A stretch of 59,062 nucleotides of DNA, filler included, from Sluysia triapertura (GCA_046118255.1; 4 parts of 4 records of this genome joined end to end with filler, not necessarily neighbours in it); one strand, 5' to 3'; shown: positions 1 through 13,841, counted from the whole stretch's first letter. Translations and numbers: made by a program. Notes: a model not told the origin generated them from the letters alone.

Positions 1-16
1 AATAATAATAATAATA

Positions 17-76
<60 letters not shown>
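1..76. repeat. (AAT)n microsatellite
   Basis: Near-perfect AAT run at the window start. Confidence 0.95.
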
Positions 77-77
<1 letters not shown>

Positions 78-266
78 CTTCAGATATAAGTTTTAGAAAA
101 CTGTGCCAAGTAGCATTATCAAAATAAATAACAGAATTGTTATTACTGGTTACATTTTCGCACCAGTGAAAATTTTGCTGAAAATTATATTAAAAATTTA
201 ATTTCAATTAACACTAATGATTCTATAAATAACATTTTTGTTACTGTAAAATTTACTGGTAAAGCC

Positions 267-350
267 TTTCAATTGCAAAACATTTTCAATTGCAAAACAT
301 TTTCAATTGCAAAACATTTTCAATTGCAAAACATTTTCAATTGCAAAACA
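267..350. repeat. 17-bp minisatellite, 5 copies (TTTTCAATTGCAAAACA)
   Basis: Five head-to-tail copies with no spacers (first lacks one T); the unit is quasi-palindromic. Confidence 0.95.
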
Positions 351-3300
351 AATAACTTGTTTGTAAAGGTTGTAATGCTAAACTTTATTTTTCCTCTGTA
401 ATTATTACATATCTACCAATCAAATTTAACTAAAACAAGTAAAACAAATTTTTTTTTGTTACTCTTGAACACATTATGCAAAATAAAGTTTAGTATTTAT
501 AAATTCATTTAGTGATATGACTTTAAAAAGTATTTCTCATTTTTCTTTTTCCAATTTTATATAATCTTTACTTAAAGATTAAATATTTGTACTTTTTTAC
601 AATAAATCCATAATAACAAATTCTATTAAGACATTATGGGCAGGTAGCCTAACAGACTACATAGCGGGCGAAATTTTAGAGATGCAAAATAATGCTCATT
701 TGAAAACATGTTTTTATTTCTATTTAAACAAATAGTAAAACTGTTTTGATACATTTTCATTTCTAAACTAATAAAGTGAGATGTTACTGCTTTTAGCTAT
801 GTAGTCTATTCACAGCCTACATATCAATAACTACCCGGTTGAGTTGCAAAAAACATTTAGTTTTAATCATATTAACCCGGCGAATTATGTGAAACGAATA
901 TTCGGTGCAACCTATGTATCTCACAAAAATTTTTATATGAATTCGGTATAAAATATTGATTATGTGATCAAAAACGTAAATAACATAAAATAATATCAAA
1001 TATTAGAAATTTTATTGATGAAGATACGACAAAAAATGACAAAAATATAAATTATGTTTCATTATATTCTCTGCTGTATAAAACGGTACAAAAATGGCAA
1101 TTAATAATGAACTGGTTGAAAATATGTTTCCATTAAAAATATATTAAACCTTAATATGTAGAATTACAAATAAAAATCATTACTACTACTTATAGATGTT
1201 TGCATTGAAAATTCTGAAAATTTCTAAATAACAAAAACGTGCGGAAACAAAAATGGAATATATTAGTGACAATAAAATAAGTTATATATTAAATCTTGTT
1301 TATGCTCCAAATATTTAAACAATGTTAAGTAATTATAATAAAGATAACTACTAATATAAATTCCGCATAGAACAAAGCAACATCTGCCAAAATAGAAGAA
1401 TAATTTTGAAGTAAAAATGAGATCTCGTTAACACTTTATTTTAAAGAATTATCAATATAAGCACTTATTGAATTCAAAATCATGACGGTAATACGTTTTT
1501 GTTATTTTTTTGTTTAAGTGAATAAAAGAGTTTCTCCATTTGGATAATTTGTTTATGATAAATTATTTAATCTTTGTTAAAGGTATTTTTCAGTTAATGG
1601 TTAAATTTATTGTTCTTAAAGTTGTTAATGTTAAAGAAAAGTTAAAATTTTATAATTTACTTGAATATAATAAAAACAAAGAACTCCACTAATAATTCTA
1701 TTAAAGATATTTCTATAATGAACATATGTAATTATTATCTGGATTTATTCCTATAAAATGATAGATTAATTTGAAATATAAAATTTCTTTCATTAGATTT
1801 TGCTTATTTGTTTCAACTATACAATAATTTGTTCTTTATTTTCTAACCTATGATGATCCTTAATTTTTTTAATAAAACTTTAACATTGTTTTCACCTGAT
1901 TCTTTTTGATTCTGTACAAAATGCTTTAAAAGCTTATAAGTATATAATTTATAGCAAATACTAGCGCTCTATAAATTAATATTCTGTACTGTGTAAATTT
2001 AACAGCTTTCAAAGTCAAAATTTTGTTATTTTTGATAGAACAAAAAGACTTTAAAATTATCTTTTTTGTCGATTTTATAAGAAATTTACATAAAAAATAT
2101 TTTTAGACAACATCTTAATGATATCTTATAGTGTGACTATTTATACTAATAATGTAGAAATATTATATCACGAACATTAGAATGTGATTTGTTTATTATT
2201 TCATAAAAGTAAGTCTAATTTTTATTGTACGTCTTTATTTGGAATTTACTTTAAAAGCGAAACGTAAAAATTAATACATTGTAAAATAAATTAAAATTAA
2301 TCAATTAAATTTAATAAAATGATCAATAAATTAATAATAAAATAATTAAAATAACAAAGTACACACAACTAACCCATGTATAAAGGAACATTATTAAATT
2401 ATTAAATTATAAACAGTATATTAATAAATGAAAAACCCATTATAACATTGAATATAATAAAAATACATAAAAATTATTACAGAAAAGTAGAATTCTGGTT
2501 ATAGTAACGAGAAATAATATAGAAAACATATAATTGAGAAAATAGGTTGTAACGCATAATAAAGTAAGTCAATGATGAAGAAAGAAAATTTTAATCTAAA
2601 TAGATACAACAAAGATTCGCAAACACATAATTTTGCAATTTCCAGCTCTTAAGGATCAAAAGGTAATTCACAAAATTACAATTTATATGTTTTGAGAAAA
2701 CATTTCAATTGACAATGAAACAAAAAGATACCGTAGGTTTAGTAGGCAATCCAAAAATTTTTTTCAAAATTCTAATTTTAATCGAAAGGTTTATTGATCG
2801 ATTTAAATGAAGACATAATATATAAAGAATTATTCAATATAATTTCACTAAAAAAATTATACAAACTGTGAAAAGAATAGGCACAAAATTACCACAAATT
2901 TATGATAAATGATTATTAGAATTGTATTATTTCCTGAAACAAGGAATCAAGTTTATAATAGGTTGAATAATAAATAAAACCAAACATATGACTCTACCTT
3001 GATAATAGGAATAACAAATAGTGTGAATACATGATAAACAATTGCAAATATTCGGCATTGATGAAAATTGAAGTTATTTTTGTTATTTGGTACCTGAAAT
3101 AAAAAATAACCATAAAAGCCAACAACAGAAGTTAATTCGAATTCAAAATTTTATTTATTGTTATTTCAACAAATTCAAATTTGAATACTAAACATATTCC
3201 TTTCGTCGCAAACCTTAAATTAATATTTCCTTTCGTTTTCATAAAAAATCTTTTGAAATTGTGATCAAATTATCACAATGTTTACAAAGATTAACAAGTT

Positions 3301-5123
3301 TCTGTATAGCTTTTATTTCAAATTTGGCTTTATTAAGAAATATGTACTATATATACATTAACAGATTTTATTCTTTCGAATAGAAGAATCAAGAAATTTC
3401 ATAATATTTTTATTGATTGAAATTAATTTAATTATTCTAGAAAATTAAATCAATCTGTGATAATTTTCAATAAAAGCACGTAAATGCTTAATATGCAAAA
3501 ATCCTGAAAATTATTTGACAACTATAAAAATACAGAAACAATAGTAATTTGTACAGAATAAGTTAAGTTATAGGTTGTTTCAAAAATATACAACCAGCTA
3601 CCGGAAAATGTTAAATCTACAAGTGTTTTACTGAATAGTAATCTTAAAAAATACCTTGAGGTCAAGTTCACCTAATAAGCAAGGAGGACGTCCTATTATG
3701 CTTTTTAGAATAAGTCGCTTAGTCTTAATATACACTTCAACAGTATCACTTAGTCACATTTCAAGGTAATCTTATTAAAGAAGTAATTAAAAATTATAAA
3801 TTAAATTAGCCTTTATGGTCTAATCAAAAATTAAACGTCAAGCTAGCCTTTATGGTTTAGCGTGCAAATCAATATTTTAAATTAACAAATCAGGATTCAA
3901 ATTTATTAGTCAAAAATCCTTAACAAGGTATTGAACATAATATTAATAACGATATTAATTAATTCATTAAGCAAAAGTTAAGCTAGCCTTTAAGATCAAG
4001 CGTTCAGTTTTCAATATTTTAAGTAATATTTTTATTCTTCGCTTAACATAAGAATAAACTTAATAAAAATATATTACTTTTGCATGGATATTGTCTTGGA
4101 CGAATATAACTTTCTTTAAGTACTTAAATTTCTATATTGAAAAACATTTATTTTTGATTTAATAAAACAAATTTTTCTTTAAACAAAATTTAAATGTTTT
4201 TTAAATTTCTTTAAAATAAAATGTTTATTTTATTTAATTAACAAAATTTATATTAGTTTGAAATAAAATTAATATTTACTTTATTAACAAATTTATTTTA
4301 TTAAGTTTAACTTTGAGTTTAATTTGACCTTTATAATATTAATAATAAATACATAAACATTAAGCGTTTTTAAGCGTTCATACAAATCATTGGAAGATGT
4401 AATATTAAATAAAAAAAAGTTTTTTCTATTTTCGAAACACTATAGAAAATGGGCTATTTTAAATGCTACAACATTTTATATATTGCTCTAAAATGAAGTG
4501 GCACCATATTCAAACTTTGAAAGGTAATTTAAATTGTATTTGCATTTCCATCTAACATCATAGATAGAAACAGTTTATAATAAGGTTTTAAATTAATTAA
4601 ACGAAGTATTGAGAAAGTTTGAATAATTTCAAGTTACTGATTTAAATCCGAATAATTTTAAGATCGTTAAAAGTAAAAGTTTTATCTGTTTAAAGTATAC
4701 GAATAATTTTAAAATGAGTTGTTAATCTTTAGTAAATAATAAGTTCAATTTAAACTTAGAGTAACGGAAAATTTTTCATATTTGCGTTATAAACACCTAT
4801 ACTACATTTTTATTGCAAATATAATATTAAGAACCATTCATAATTACGTCAAACAATTAAAATTGAAATTCAGTCGAAAGATCTGCCTGAAACATACCAT
4901 TCGTCACATTTCTGAAATACAAAAAGCACTGTCGCTTTTACCTGCCAGTGATGACAGTTTTCAGTAGTTGGTTGTAGATTTTTGAAACAATTAGTATTAC
5001 ATTGCAGTTAATAATATTGCTAACTTGAAAAGCATATTATTTCACATTGGCTTAATATTTTACCGTTCTGTTTTTTTGCAGTAAAGTTACATAATAAAAA
5101 CATTTTTAGAAATCTAGTCAACA

Positions 5124-5966
5124 ATGGAACAGTCGAAAATTCGCACAACTATGAAGCATCTCAGACCGCGCGAAACATTAATAGTTTAATTTGATATAGT
5201 GTTATTTCTCAGCATACAGCATCAAATTACTTCACCAAATACCATACAAGTAACTTTGATCTTACAAATGAGTCGTTTCCCAGAATCAGAGGTCAATAGT
5301 GACGAATTAAAAGTCAGTGTTGAGTTTGAATCATCTTGGAGTGGCTATGAATTATCGTTAAAGTTTGGTGTTAGCAAACAAAAAATATTAACTCATTTAA
5401 CTCAAATCATAAAGTGAAAGATTTGCATACGTGAATGAACTTGCTTGATATTGTTTTTTGACGTCACAAACCTGACATATTTTTTATTAGAATTCTAAAC
5501 GTTCACCACAGTAGCTGGACAAAAATAAATAACCAAAACACACTCCAAAGCAAAATAGCACATTTGTGATCCATTATGATTTCATGAAACCTGGCTCATC
5601 GACCACAGCAGAAATGTGCTTCAATGAAGTGGACGAAATAATGTAAAAACGTACAGAAAAATAGCCTACATTTGTTAACAGATCGAATCTTATCTTATTG
5701 CATGATAATACTAGACACTACAGGAATTGGAGTTGCAACTTCTTCATCATCCTCCATATTCACAAGATCTAGCCCCCACTGATTACCACTTCCTTCACAA
5801 TTTCGGCAATTTTTATAGGAAAAGAATTTAATTCTGACAGTGCTGAAAAACTGGTCTTCTATGAATTCACTGACTCTAGTTTGTCAAGGTTTTATACGAC
5901 CAGCTTGAACTACTGCTTAAGTGGCAAAAGTTGATATACAATATGGGTGCATACTTTAATGAATGA
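5124..5966 (+). mobile_element. Decayed mariner transposase
   Basis: HTH-region remnant RFPESEVNSDELKVSVE...LSLKFGVSKQKILTHL; catalytic-region motifs LLHDN and HHPPYSQDLAPTDYHF (mariner YSPDLAPxD); ends MGAYFNE*. Multiple stops and frameshifts. Confidence 0.9.
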
Positions 5967-6283
5967 AACAATTCATGTTATTTGTAAATTATCAACCAAC
6001 GATGTTTTTTGTTTTTACAAATTTCATCCTTGACGCCCATATATACAAACTCTTCACTGATATTATTATTACTTGTTATATTTCAGTTATTAGTATTATT
6101 TGTTATATTTTAAAGGCATTCATTTTAGGATACGAAGACTTTAAAATTCTATCTTTTCTTTTATTGGAAACCAGTATAATTCTTTAAGAAATATAAATAT
6201 TAATTTAAGGTCAGCTCTAATTATGTGTATGAATATGTTTTGAATTTGCATGTGCTTCTTTTGTAATTGAAAAATTACTCTTG

Positions 6284-6363
6284 TTAACACATTATGAGCG
6301 GGGCGGGTATTAGTACCCGTTTTATGGACTGTCACTTAAGGATACCCGCTCATAATGTGTTAA
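6284..6363. mobile_element. 80-bp TTAA-flanked MITE (piggyBac-like)
   Basis: Perfect 19-bp inverted repeat TTAACACATTATGAGCGGG...CCCGCTCATAATGTGTTAA, including TTAA at both ends. Confidence 0.75.
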
Positions 6364-6625
6364 TAATTTTAGCAATAATAGTATAATAATATTAATAATT
6401 TTAGCAAATAATAAAATTAAATACAATATAATTCCAACCTGGAAGATGATTATTTTGTAATTGTCCGTTTAGTAAAATATTTAATAAATTAAGATATTTA
6501 ATGATTAATGTAAATTAAGATATTTAATGATTAATTTAAAATTAAATGTTTATTAAATTGATTTTATGAAATGTAGTACTTTAACCTATATATGTTTACA
6601 TGTATTTTACTACTTTACAGTAACG

Positions 6626-6775
6626 AATCTAAAGTTCTTGGCCACATTTTTAAGAATGAGGGTCCCGAAGCGCACTCTGAACGTTTGTAAATACTAAATA
6701 TACCTATTAAATTTGTCGTTTTTGGTGTCTAATTTTTATTTAAGTTTGCAGTTCGGTTACTTTTAGGACACCCTG
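6626..6775. mobile_element. Rearranged fragment of the Tc1/mariner family seen at 43991-44741
   Basis: 6626-6682 matches ~44527-44584 in direct orientation; 6678-6775 is the reverse complement of 43991-44088 and ends in the TIR ...GGTTACTTTTAGGACACCCTG followed by TA. Confidence 0.85.
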
Positions 6776-7644
6776 TATTGATAATTATTAAAAACAATAT
6801 TGTTTTGTTGATATATTTTCATGGAAGTTGTCTGGAAATTGAGATTTAAGATCGTTGCTTGAATGTAAACGTAACATAAAAGGTTTCCGCATGAAGAAAC
6901 ATATAAAAATGGACTTCACATAATAGATAGCAACAAGGTAGCAGTCAGTGGAACTTGGAATAGCGATTTCTTAATTTGGAAAGGGTCCATTTTGGTAAAA
7001 TTAAAAATATCTAATAGTACTTAATGTTGGTAAAAAAGAAATGAAAAGATCAAAAGGTTTTCAGAAAAAAGCAATAATCTTAAGTTAAGAACTTTTATTT
7101 TATCGATAATTGAGGCTGAAGAATATGTGGAGGTTGATCCTTAAGACATTTATAATAAGTCGTTCATAATCAAATTCGTTCATATTTTCGACTTCGAATT
7201 CGAGTGAATAGATTTTGTGCTGAGATTTTAGTTTGATTTTCAAAGCAAATCTAAAAACACTATGATTATTTGCTGATTATAACAGTTAACAAACACTTTG
7301 CCTTACAATCACAGTGGTATATTGACTCACACTGATTGATAAAGAGTTGACAGATAACCATACGTTATGTAATGCGATAATAATAATAATATAACAATTT
7401 TATTAAAAATAATCTTTTTTCAAAAGTAGTATTAGTTGCAAATAGATAATTCGTTGCATTTTCTCAGTATTGAAAGTGAAAATAGAAATTCATAGTCAAT
7501 TAAGCTAATATTTGATTATTGTTTGAATGCATACTAACATTAATATCATATTTATTTACACATACACAAATTCAAAATTGTTTACAATGAATATTGCTTT
7601 GATAAAATAATAGTGTTGAAACCAAAATGAAAATCTTTTAAAGA

Positions 7645-8367
7645 TGTTAGGTTGTCATCACGACCCTTTAAACTACTTTAAAATTATTTATAAAAGTCTA
7701 ACAGCACTTTAAAAATATTTATTTTCCAAAAAAGAAAATAAAATTTCTAAAAAAGAGAATAGAATAGAATAGAAGCTTCTAGAATGTTCTAGAACATTCC
7801 ATCGATTTTCATTGCTGATGAATAGTATATAAACAGTATCAGTTTAATGAAAATCGCTATTTTATAATTAGTTTAACAAAATTCAGCGCCATTTGCAATT
7901 TATTAGTCAAATCAATTTCAAGAAGGATTGGAGTTTTTTAATCGATTTCTGTGCAAGGGTAAATTATTTTGACTTTCATAAAAGCTAAAATCATAAAGTA
8001 CAAGTAAAAACAAATTTAATCCTTTATTATATAAATGATCCCGATATATTGAGGGAAAAGCTTCTACTTAACTTGAAAGAAAAAACAAATCAAAGATCTC
8101 AAAAAAGATTTTGATTTTAAACTCCAAGTTTTGTTTTTTGATTTTTAGTGTTTTCATTATGCAACATCTTGAATTTTTTGTTAATAAAATTAAAGCAATT
8201 AATTTTGTTCCATTGTGATATTTGTAATTTAAGACCCTCCTAAAGATCATTAAGTTAAGTAATTATAGTTTAGAAACGCCAACTGTACATTGTAAGACGT
8301 TTACTGTAACCAAACCCTGCTCCATTTTTTATTTTGCCGTAGGCTTAGCTTTAAGAAAACCACAGCA
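7645..8367 (+). mobile_element. Solo LTR (family A, probably Gypsy-type)
   Basis: Starts TGTTAGGTTG, ends ACCACAGCA (TG..CA), flanked by a 4-bp TSD AAGA/AAGA; internal TATA-like TATATAAA; homologous copies at 13842, ~36680 and 47651. Confidence 0.8.
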
Positions 8368-8876
8368 AAGATATATAATAATTCATAACAATGTATAAAC
8401 CGTTTATGTTTCAAAAATGTAAAATAGCTGGAAGATTATGAAATATTTAAAAACTAAGACAATTTTTTTGTTTCAGAAATAATTGCTGATTTTCTTTTTC
8501 TGTATTGTATTCATAATTATAGTTTCATATGAGTTCTACACATCATTTTCAAGCTACGATTTAAAATATTGCGCTGGTTTATTTAGAACATGCAACTTAT
8601 TATTTAAATTTAATATGTAAAGCAGAGAAGTATAACAATAGAATTACTGGGTTTTCCAGAGATATTTCTAAAGCTGGTGCAACCAGTGGTGAGATATGAA
8701 TCGCTTATACTAGTACTCTAGCAATGTGTCACTGCGACAAAAAAGCAAAACAATGTTAATTAAATGGTTTATTTTATACGAAAAACAACAGTATTTAATT
8801 TAATAAGAAATAGAACAAACAATACAATAGAATAAAATAAAGAAAAAATATGTCGTTTGTAAAAAATAACTAAAAG

Positions 8877-8915
8877 TACTACTACTACTACTACTACTAC
8901 AATAATAATACTACT
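8877..8915. repeat. (ACT)n/(AAT)n microsatellite
   Basis: Direct reading. Confidence 0.85.
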
Positions 8916-9200
8916 ACAACTTATGCCAGAAGCTACCATACTGTATTTCCTTCCTGCTTCCGTCTTGTGATCTTTTAGATTTATCCAGAGCCCAGCGATG
9001 ATTTTTCAAAAAAGATTTAACGTACGGGTTAGAGTTAAATTCTTCCAAAGATTTCCAATTTAAGCAGATCGTCATAAAATCTGAAATGTGTTTAACAGTG
9101 AAAGAAGATCTTTTCCTTGTAACGATATTATTCATCTAACTAAAAGCTCGTTCAGCTTCAGTGCTGATAACTGCGATTGTTTCCATAATGAACTTGGCTT
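8914..9200 (-). mobile_element. hAT transposase C-terminal dimerisation-domain remnant
   Basis: Minus strand reads IAVISTEAERAFS*MNNIVTRKRSSFTVKHISDFMTICLNWKSLEEFN, matching hAT ER.FS.MN.I.T..R..L; has an in-frame stop. Confidence 0.75.
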
Positions 9201-9394
9201 TTTTCACTGTTTGGGGAATTTCGATTTGGAATTTAAATATTTATTTAAATTTATTTTAAATAAATTTATTTTAATTTCATTTTTCAAAAATAAAATTCAA
9301 AGTTCTTATTCTCTTTTCTCCTTCTGGCCATGTACATGTAACTTCATAGAATAATTTAGCAAAGGATACAATCATTAGAAATCTTGCAGATGTC

Positions 9395-10046
9395 CAGTAA
9401 GACCATTATATAACAAACACCAACTTGTTCGTTAAAAAAATAACGAACAATCTTTTAACATTTATTCATAAAACAAAAATATCCTATTGTATTTATTTTT
9501 TGAAATTTTTCACTCATGTTTGAATTACTAAACCTTCTCCCAAAATAATATTGTGTCTGCTTTTGAAACATTCAAGCCATCCATTTGAAGCTTTAAAAGC
9601 ATCCTTCCCAATTTTACTTTCAATTCGTAGTTCCCCAGATATAATGAAGATTTCGTGTTTTTTCATAACAACTCATACACTAAGCTGTCAATTTATTATA
9701 AACTCTTTTTGCATCTGTAAACTCATTTTTATTTTTAAGAATTTTCTTTGTTACTAATAGGCTTGTTAAATTTGCTGCCATATTTCTTTTAAAGAGTATA
9801 AAAGCTCTTCGTTTGATTTTCTGAATTTGATAAGCTGAATTTTTTGGTCAACAGTGTAACTTTTCCTTCTTGTTTTTTCTGATTATTCCACACTTTCATT
9901 TAAGGGTTGAAAAATATGAAGTAAATTTTAATAAAATTTAATAATAAAACAATGTTTTTTGAGTTTATTTATATATTTATTTATTTATTTATTTGTAATT
10001 CCATTTTTTCGAAAAAGATGGTGTTCGTTATGCAGAATTTTGACTG
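9395..10046 (-). mobile_element. Internally deleted Tigger/pogo element (CENP-B-type HTH remnant)
   Basis: Minus strand RRKSYTVDQKIQLIK and FKASNGWLECFKSRHNI; degenerate TIRs CAGTAAGACC..ATAACAAACAC and GTGTTCGTTAT..TTGACTG. Confidence 0.75.
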
Positions 10047-10655
10047 CATTCAATGATAAAAAGTCAAGAAATGCGATAAACATGAAAAAGCAAAAGGCAG
10101 TGATTATAAATTTAAATTTCTCTTAAAAGAATAAACATCAGAGCAATTTCTGACAAATGGATTCCAAAATCGAAAGACAATGGTAACCTTTTAGACAAAA
10201 GGTTTTTTGAAACGATAACAGCTTAAAATTACGTATTTCGGCTCAAATCGATAGATTTTGCAGCAGTGGTGTAAGTTGTCGAAAGTTATCGATAAAAGGC
10301 GGGAATTTATAAATATACGTATATTTTTCTGTACACATTTTCTGCCCAATTTAATATTAAAAGGCTTAATGAAATAAGGTGTTAAAATATGAAACATTAT
10401 TGTTGTTTCTTGAAAGATGGATGATCTTGAAAGATATTCGAGACCTTATCAGATTGAAAGGTATTAACTTTTAAAATTCAATAAATAAACTGCCGATATG
10501 TCGGAATGAAGCAGATTGTGATGACAATTACAATTTAATATTCAAAACTAATCTTGTAATGAGTTTTTCACTTCATTATCTTTTGAACTACATTTGAATA
10601 ATTAATTTCTGCGTTCTTTCGATTATGTATGTATAATTTGTATCAATATTTGCAG

Positions 10656-10894
10656 TCATTTCTACCAATTAAAACCATTACATATTATCCGTATCTGAAA
10701 CATTGTGTAATTATGGGAATTTTTTCATCGGTTGTCGGTCCATTCGGGGGTTTCTTCGCAAGCGGATTCAAAAGAGCATTCAAAATAAAGGACTTCGGAG
10801 ACATCATCCCAGGACATGGAGGTATCATGGATCGGTTTGATTGTCAAGTCATCATGGGTTCTTTTGTTTACATTTATTACAATTCCTTCATCAA
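10656..10894 (+). CDS. CDS: Phosphatidate cytidylyltransferase (CDP-diacylglycerol synthase), internal 3' exon
   Basis: [37 protein letters not shown] is the CDS1/CDS2 signature; tttgcag acceptor at 10655 and GTGAGC donor at 10895. Tentative in-frame upstream exons at 10417-10460 and 10515-10555. The SPKKTWEG exon and the last exon were not found in the window. Confidence 0.95.
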
Positions 10895-11214
10895 GTGAGC
10901 TCATTACATTTTGTGGTGAATTAAGAAAATTGCCTATTTTTAAAATATTGCTTTTAAGTTTTCATAAGAAATGTCATTTAACAATTATTGCTTTAGTTAA
11001 CATTAGGTAGCATTCGAATTAAAAAAATTGTTTACTCGGGGTATAATGAAATATTACTAGACAAGCTTTGAAATTTAAGATATTATCCGCTCTGTGAAAT
11101 GATATATTGTCACTGTAAATATAAATTCAAATGTAAATTTTATGATCATTTACCACCGACAAAGATAAATAAGTACATCAATTACGAGTGTATTTTAAGG
11201 CTTGTCAATGAGCC

Positions 11215-11379
11215 TACAGGGTCCATCACTCAACAGAAACAGCTATTTTAGGACTCAATTATGATACTTTAAGTTCTTAGATATATTCTGCTGCTTTTGA
11301 TACAGTTGATCATGAAATATTACTTTGTGATCTCCAAAGAATGTGTCTCTCATTTAGTGCAATAAAATGGTTTGAATCA
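11215..11379 (+). mobile_element. CR1/L2-type LINE reverse transcriptase fragment
   Basis: HHSTETAIL and YSAAFDTVDHEILLCDLQRMCLSFSAIKWFES, matching LDLSAAFDTVDH..LL...WF.SYL; truncated by the gap. Confidence 0.85.
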
Positions 11380-11479
11380 NNNNNNNNNNNNNNNNNNNNN
11401 NNNNNNNNNNNNNNNNNNNNNNNTTAATTAATTAANNNNNNNNNNNNNNNNNNNNNNNNNNNNNNNNNNNNNNNNNNNN
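11380..11479. other. Assembly gap with artificial six-frame-stop linker
   Basis: 44 N + TTAATTAATTAA + 44 N; identical at three places. Confidence 0.97.
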
Positions 11480-12694
11480 TTAATTATGTTTATATTATCA
11501 TATTTCAGATATTTTATATCATTTTTCTTATATATTTTAAATTCTATACACTAACTGGACAATCCCAACAATTTTACGATGCCAATAAAATTTGGCGGAA
11601 CTTATAATGTTAATTTTAGGTATTTTAAATTTATTCAAAAAACAAAAGATTGTATCACTAAAGTATATTATAATACAATGAGGATATACAACATAGCAAG
11701 ATTACAATAAAGTTATAATTATAAGATAATAAAATTACAAAATTAACGTAAAACAGTTAATTCAACAATTAAATATCTTAGTAAGGAACTATTAAAAAGT
11801 TCTACAATTTATTAAAAAATTAAAATTAAGTGAAATTTTACTCTATTCTCTGAAATAATAAACTAACGAATGACTAATTTAAATATTCAGAAAAATCTTA
11901 TTCCTTGAATTCTTCAGCCAAGAATAAACTTTTAAAAAATTAGACTTTAAAAAATTGTGTTTATGTAAAAATTACTGCCTTTTATACTAATCTGGAACTA
12001 ACCTTAGGTTAAATTGATAATTTAATAATTTAAACAAATTTATATTTTAAATAATTTTCAATTAAATGAAATAAATATAATATTTAAATTAAATTAAAAA
12101 TGTTTAAAATGTTAAATAAAATTATTTATATGTTAAATAAAATCCAAATTAGTATAGATTTCAAATTGTCAATATAAATTTTCAATATTTAAGGATCAAT
12201 TTTTTATACACAAAAAATCAATATACGTATAAATAAATATTATTATCACATAAATAGACAATATATGCAAACAGAATATATAAATAGATATTATTATTAC
12301 GTTAATCTGCATTGCAAGATTCCAATATTTCCATGAATTATAGGTTTTAACAGCATCTTCGTTTTTATTACTTTTAGCACGTTCTCCTGTAACTAAAATT
12401 GACAATAAATAGCGTATAATTCAAAGTTTAACTCCTTACCTATTTCTAATTCGAATTGTTTTATATTTTTTAATCTTAAGTGGAGGGTCTAATCTTTTAT
12501 AATCAACGACAGTTTTCCTTATCACCTTAAATCAAAAATAATTGGAATACGTTAATTACTTTAATAATTTTTATGAACAGTTCACAAGATTTATTAAATC
12601 TGAACTTAAATATACATAATAAAAGCTTTCAGAATATATAGTTTCTAATATAAGAGAAATTTTATGAGAATTTAAAATTAAAGTTTTTTAAGTA

Positions 12695-13625
12695 CCGTAA
12701 AATTTCGTGCATAAATTATGGCTTATCTAAGAGAAAAAAGTTTTTTTAATCCTATTGCGGCTTATGCACGGGATTTTAAGCTAAATTTTTTTAAAAGAAA
12801 ATTTAAATAATTATTTAAAACCACTGAAATCTCCATCAAAACTCGAGCAGTCTGAATGTTTGGGTAACTCTTCGAATCTTCTCGGCATAAAATACGTGAT
12901 CTATAAATCCATCCTCAATACAGTTCATCATTACATCATCCCATGATTCTTTTATCCAATTACAAATTAAACCATAAAAGGCTATTTTAAAGCTCCACTG
13001 GGATAAAACTATGTGGTCCATTTTTCCAGTAGCTTACTTTTGAATGATCTACTAATTGAGGTATACAGTGGTTGTAAAATCTTGGTTAACCTACCAGGTG
13101 TCACTGCTAATCTGGAAAAAGATTTAATTTTATTTTTGGCATCATCAGTTAAATGGGACGTTACTGACTCAACTATCAACATTGATAACGGACTAAAAAT
13201 GAATAGGGTCTTCTTTTCCAAACGTCATCTACCAATTCCATCATGATTTTAGGGTAATTGATTAGTGGAATATGCTCACTTTATTTTATGTGGATTGCGA
13301 AAAATATTTTTATTTTAATATTTTTTATTTTTATTATTATTAATATTTTTGTTACTTTTATTATTATTATTATAATTATTTTTATTACTTGTATTACTTT
13401 ATTAATTTTATTGCTATTATTATTTAACATAATTTTTAAATAAAGATTTAATAGAGTGACCGTTATAAAGTTAAAAAGAATCATTAAACTGATATATAAA
13501 TGTATATCTAAATGATGATAAAAAATTCAAATATTTATGTGCCCATGGATAAGCCGCGGCTTATATACAAAAAAAGTTGTTTTAAAAAAATTTATAAGGT
13601 GCGGCTTATACACGGGATTTTACGT
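12695..13625 (-). mobile_element. Non-autonomous pogo/Tc2-type DNA transposon with DDE_1 remnant
   Basis: TIRs TA-CCGTAAAATTTCGTGCATAA and TTATACACGGGATTTTACGT-TA; internal AVTPGRLTKILQPLYTSISRSFKSKLLEKW and ICNWIKESWDDV (pogo IPGG.T..LQPLD..IN..FK). Confidence 0.85.
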
Positions 13626-13841
13626 TATTTCATTTTTTTAATTAATTAAATTTTAAGTGAGATTTTAATCCTCATTAAATCGGATTTTTGAAAATTCTTT
13701 AAGTAGATTTTGAGAAACATGTACTTTGTTGTGGGAATATATGTTAAACCATTTATAATTACTAGAAAATTATTCTTAAAAAGAGGGCATTTATTTAAAA
13801 AAGACTAAATAATTTCTTGTTTATTATTATTGGAAACAAAT

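Noticed and set aside
267-350. Palindromic repeats as a CRISPR array
   Set aside because: No spacers, no cas genes, eukaryotic context.
3984-4010. U2 snRNA-like TAAGATCAAG
   Set aside because: Lacks the GTAGTA branch-pairing sequence, the Sm site and the downstream stems.
11424-11435. TTAATTAATTAA palindrome centred in N runs (also at 24870 and 47806)
   Set aside because: Identical 44N-12-44N layout three times; an artificial scaffolding linker with stops in all six frames.
13258-13484. Hydrophobic I/F/L-rich short ORFs (also 32326-32623, 52501-52758)
   Set aside because: Translations of ATT/TTA simple-sequence tracts, not membrane proteins.
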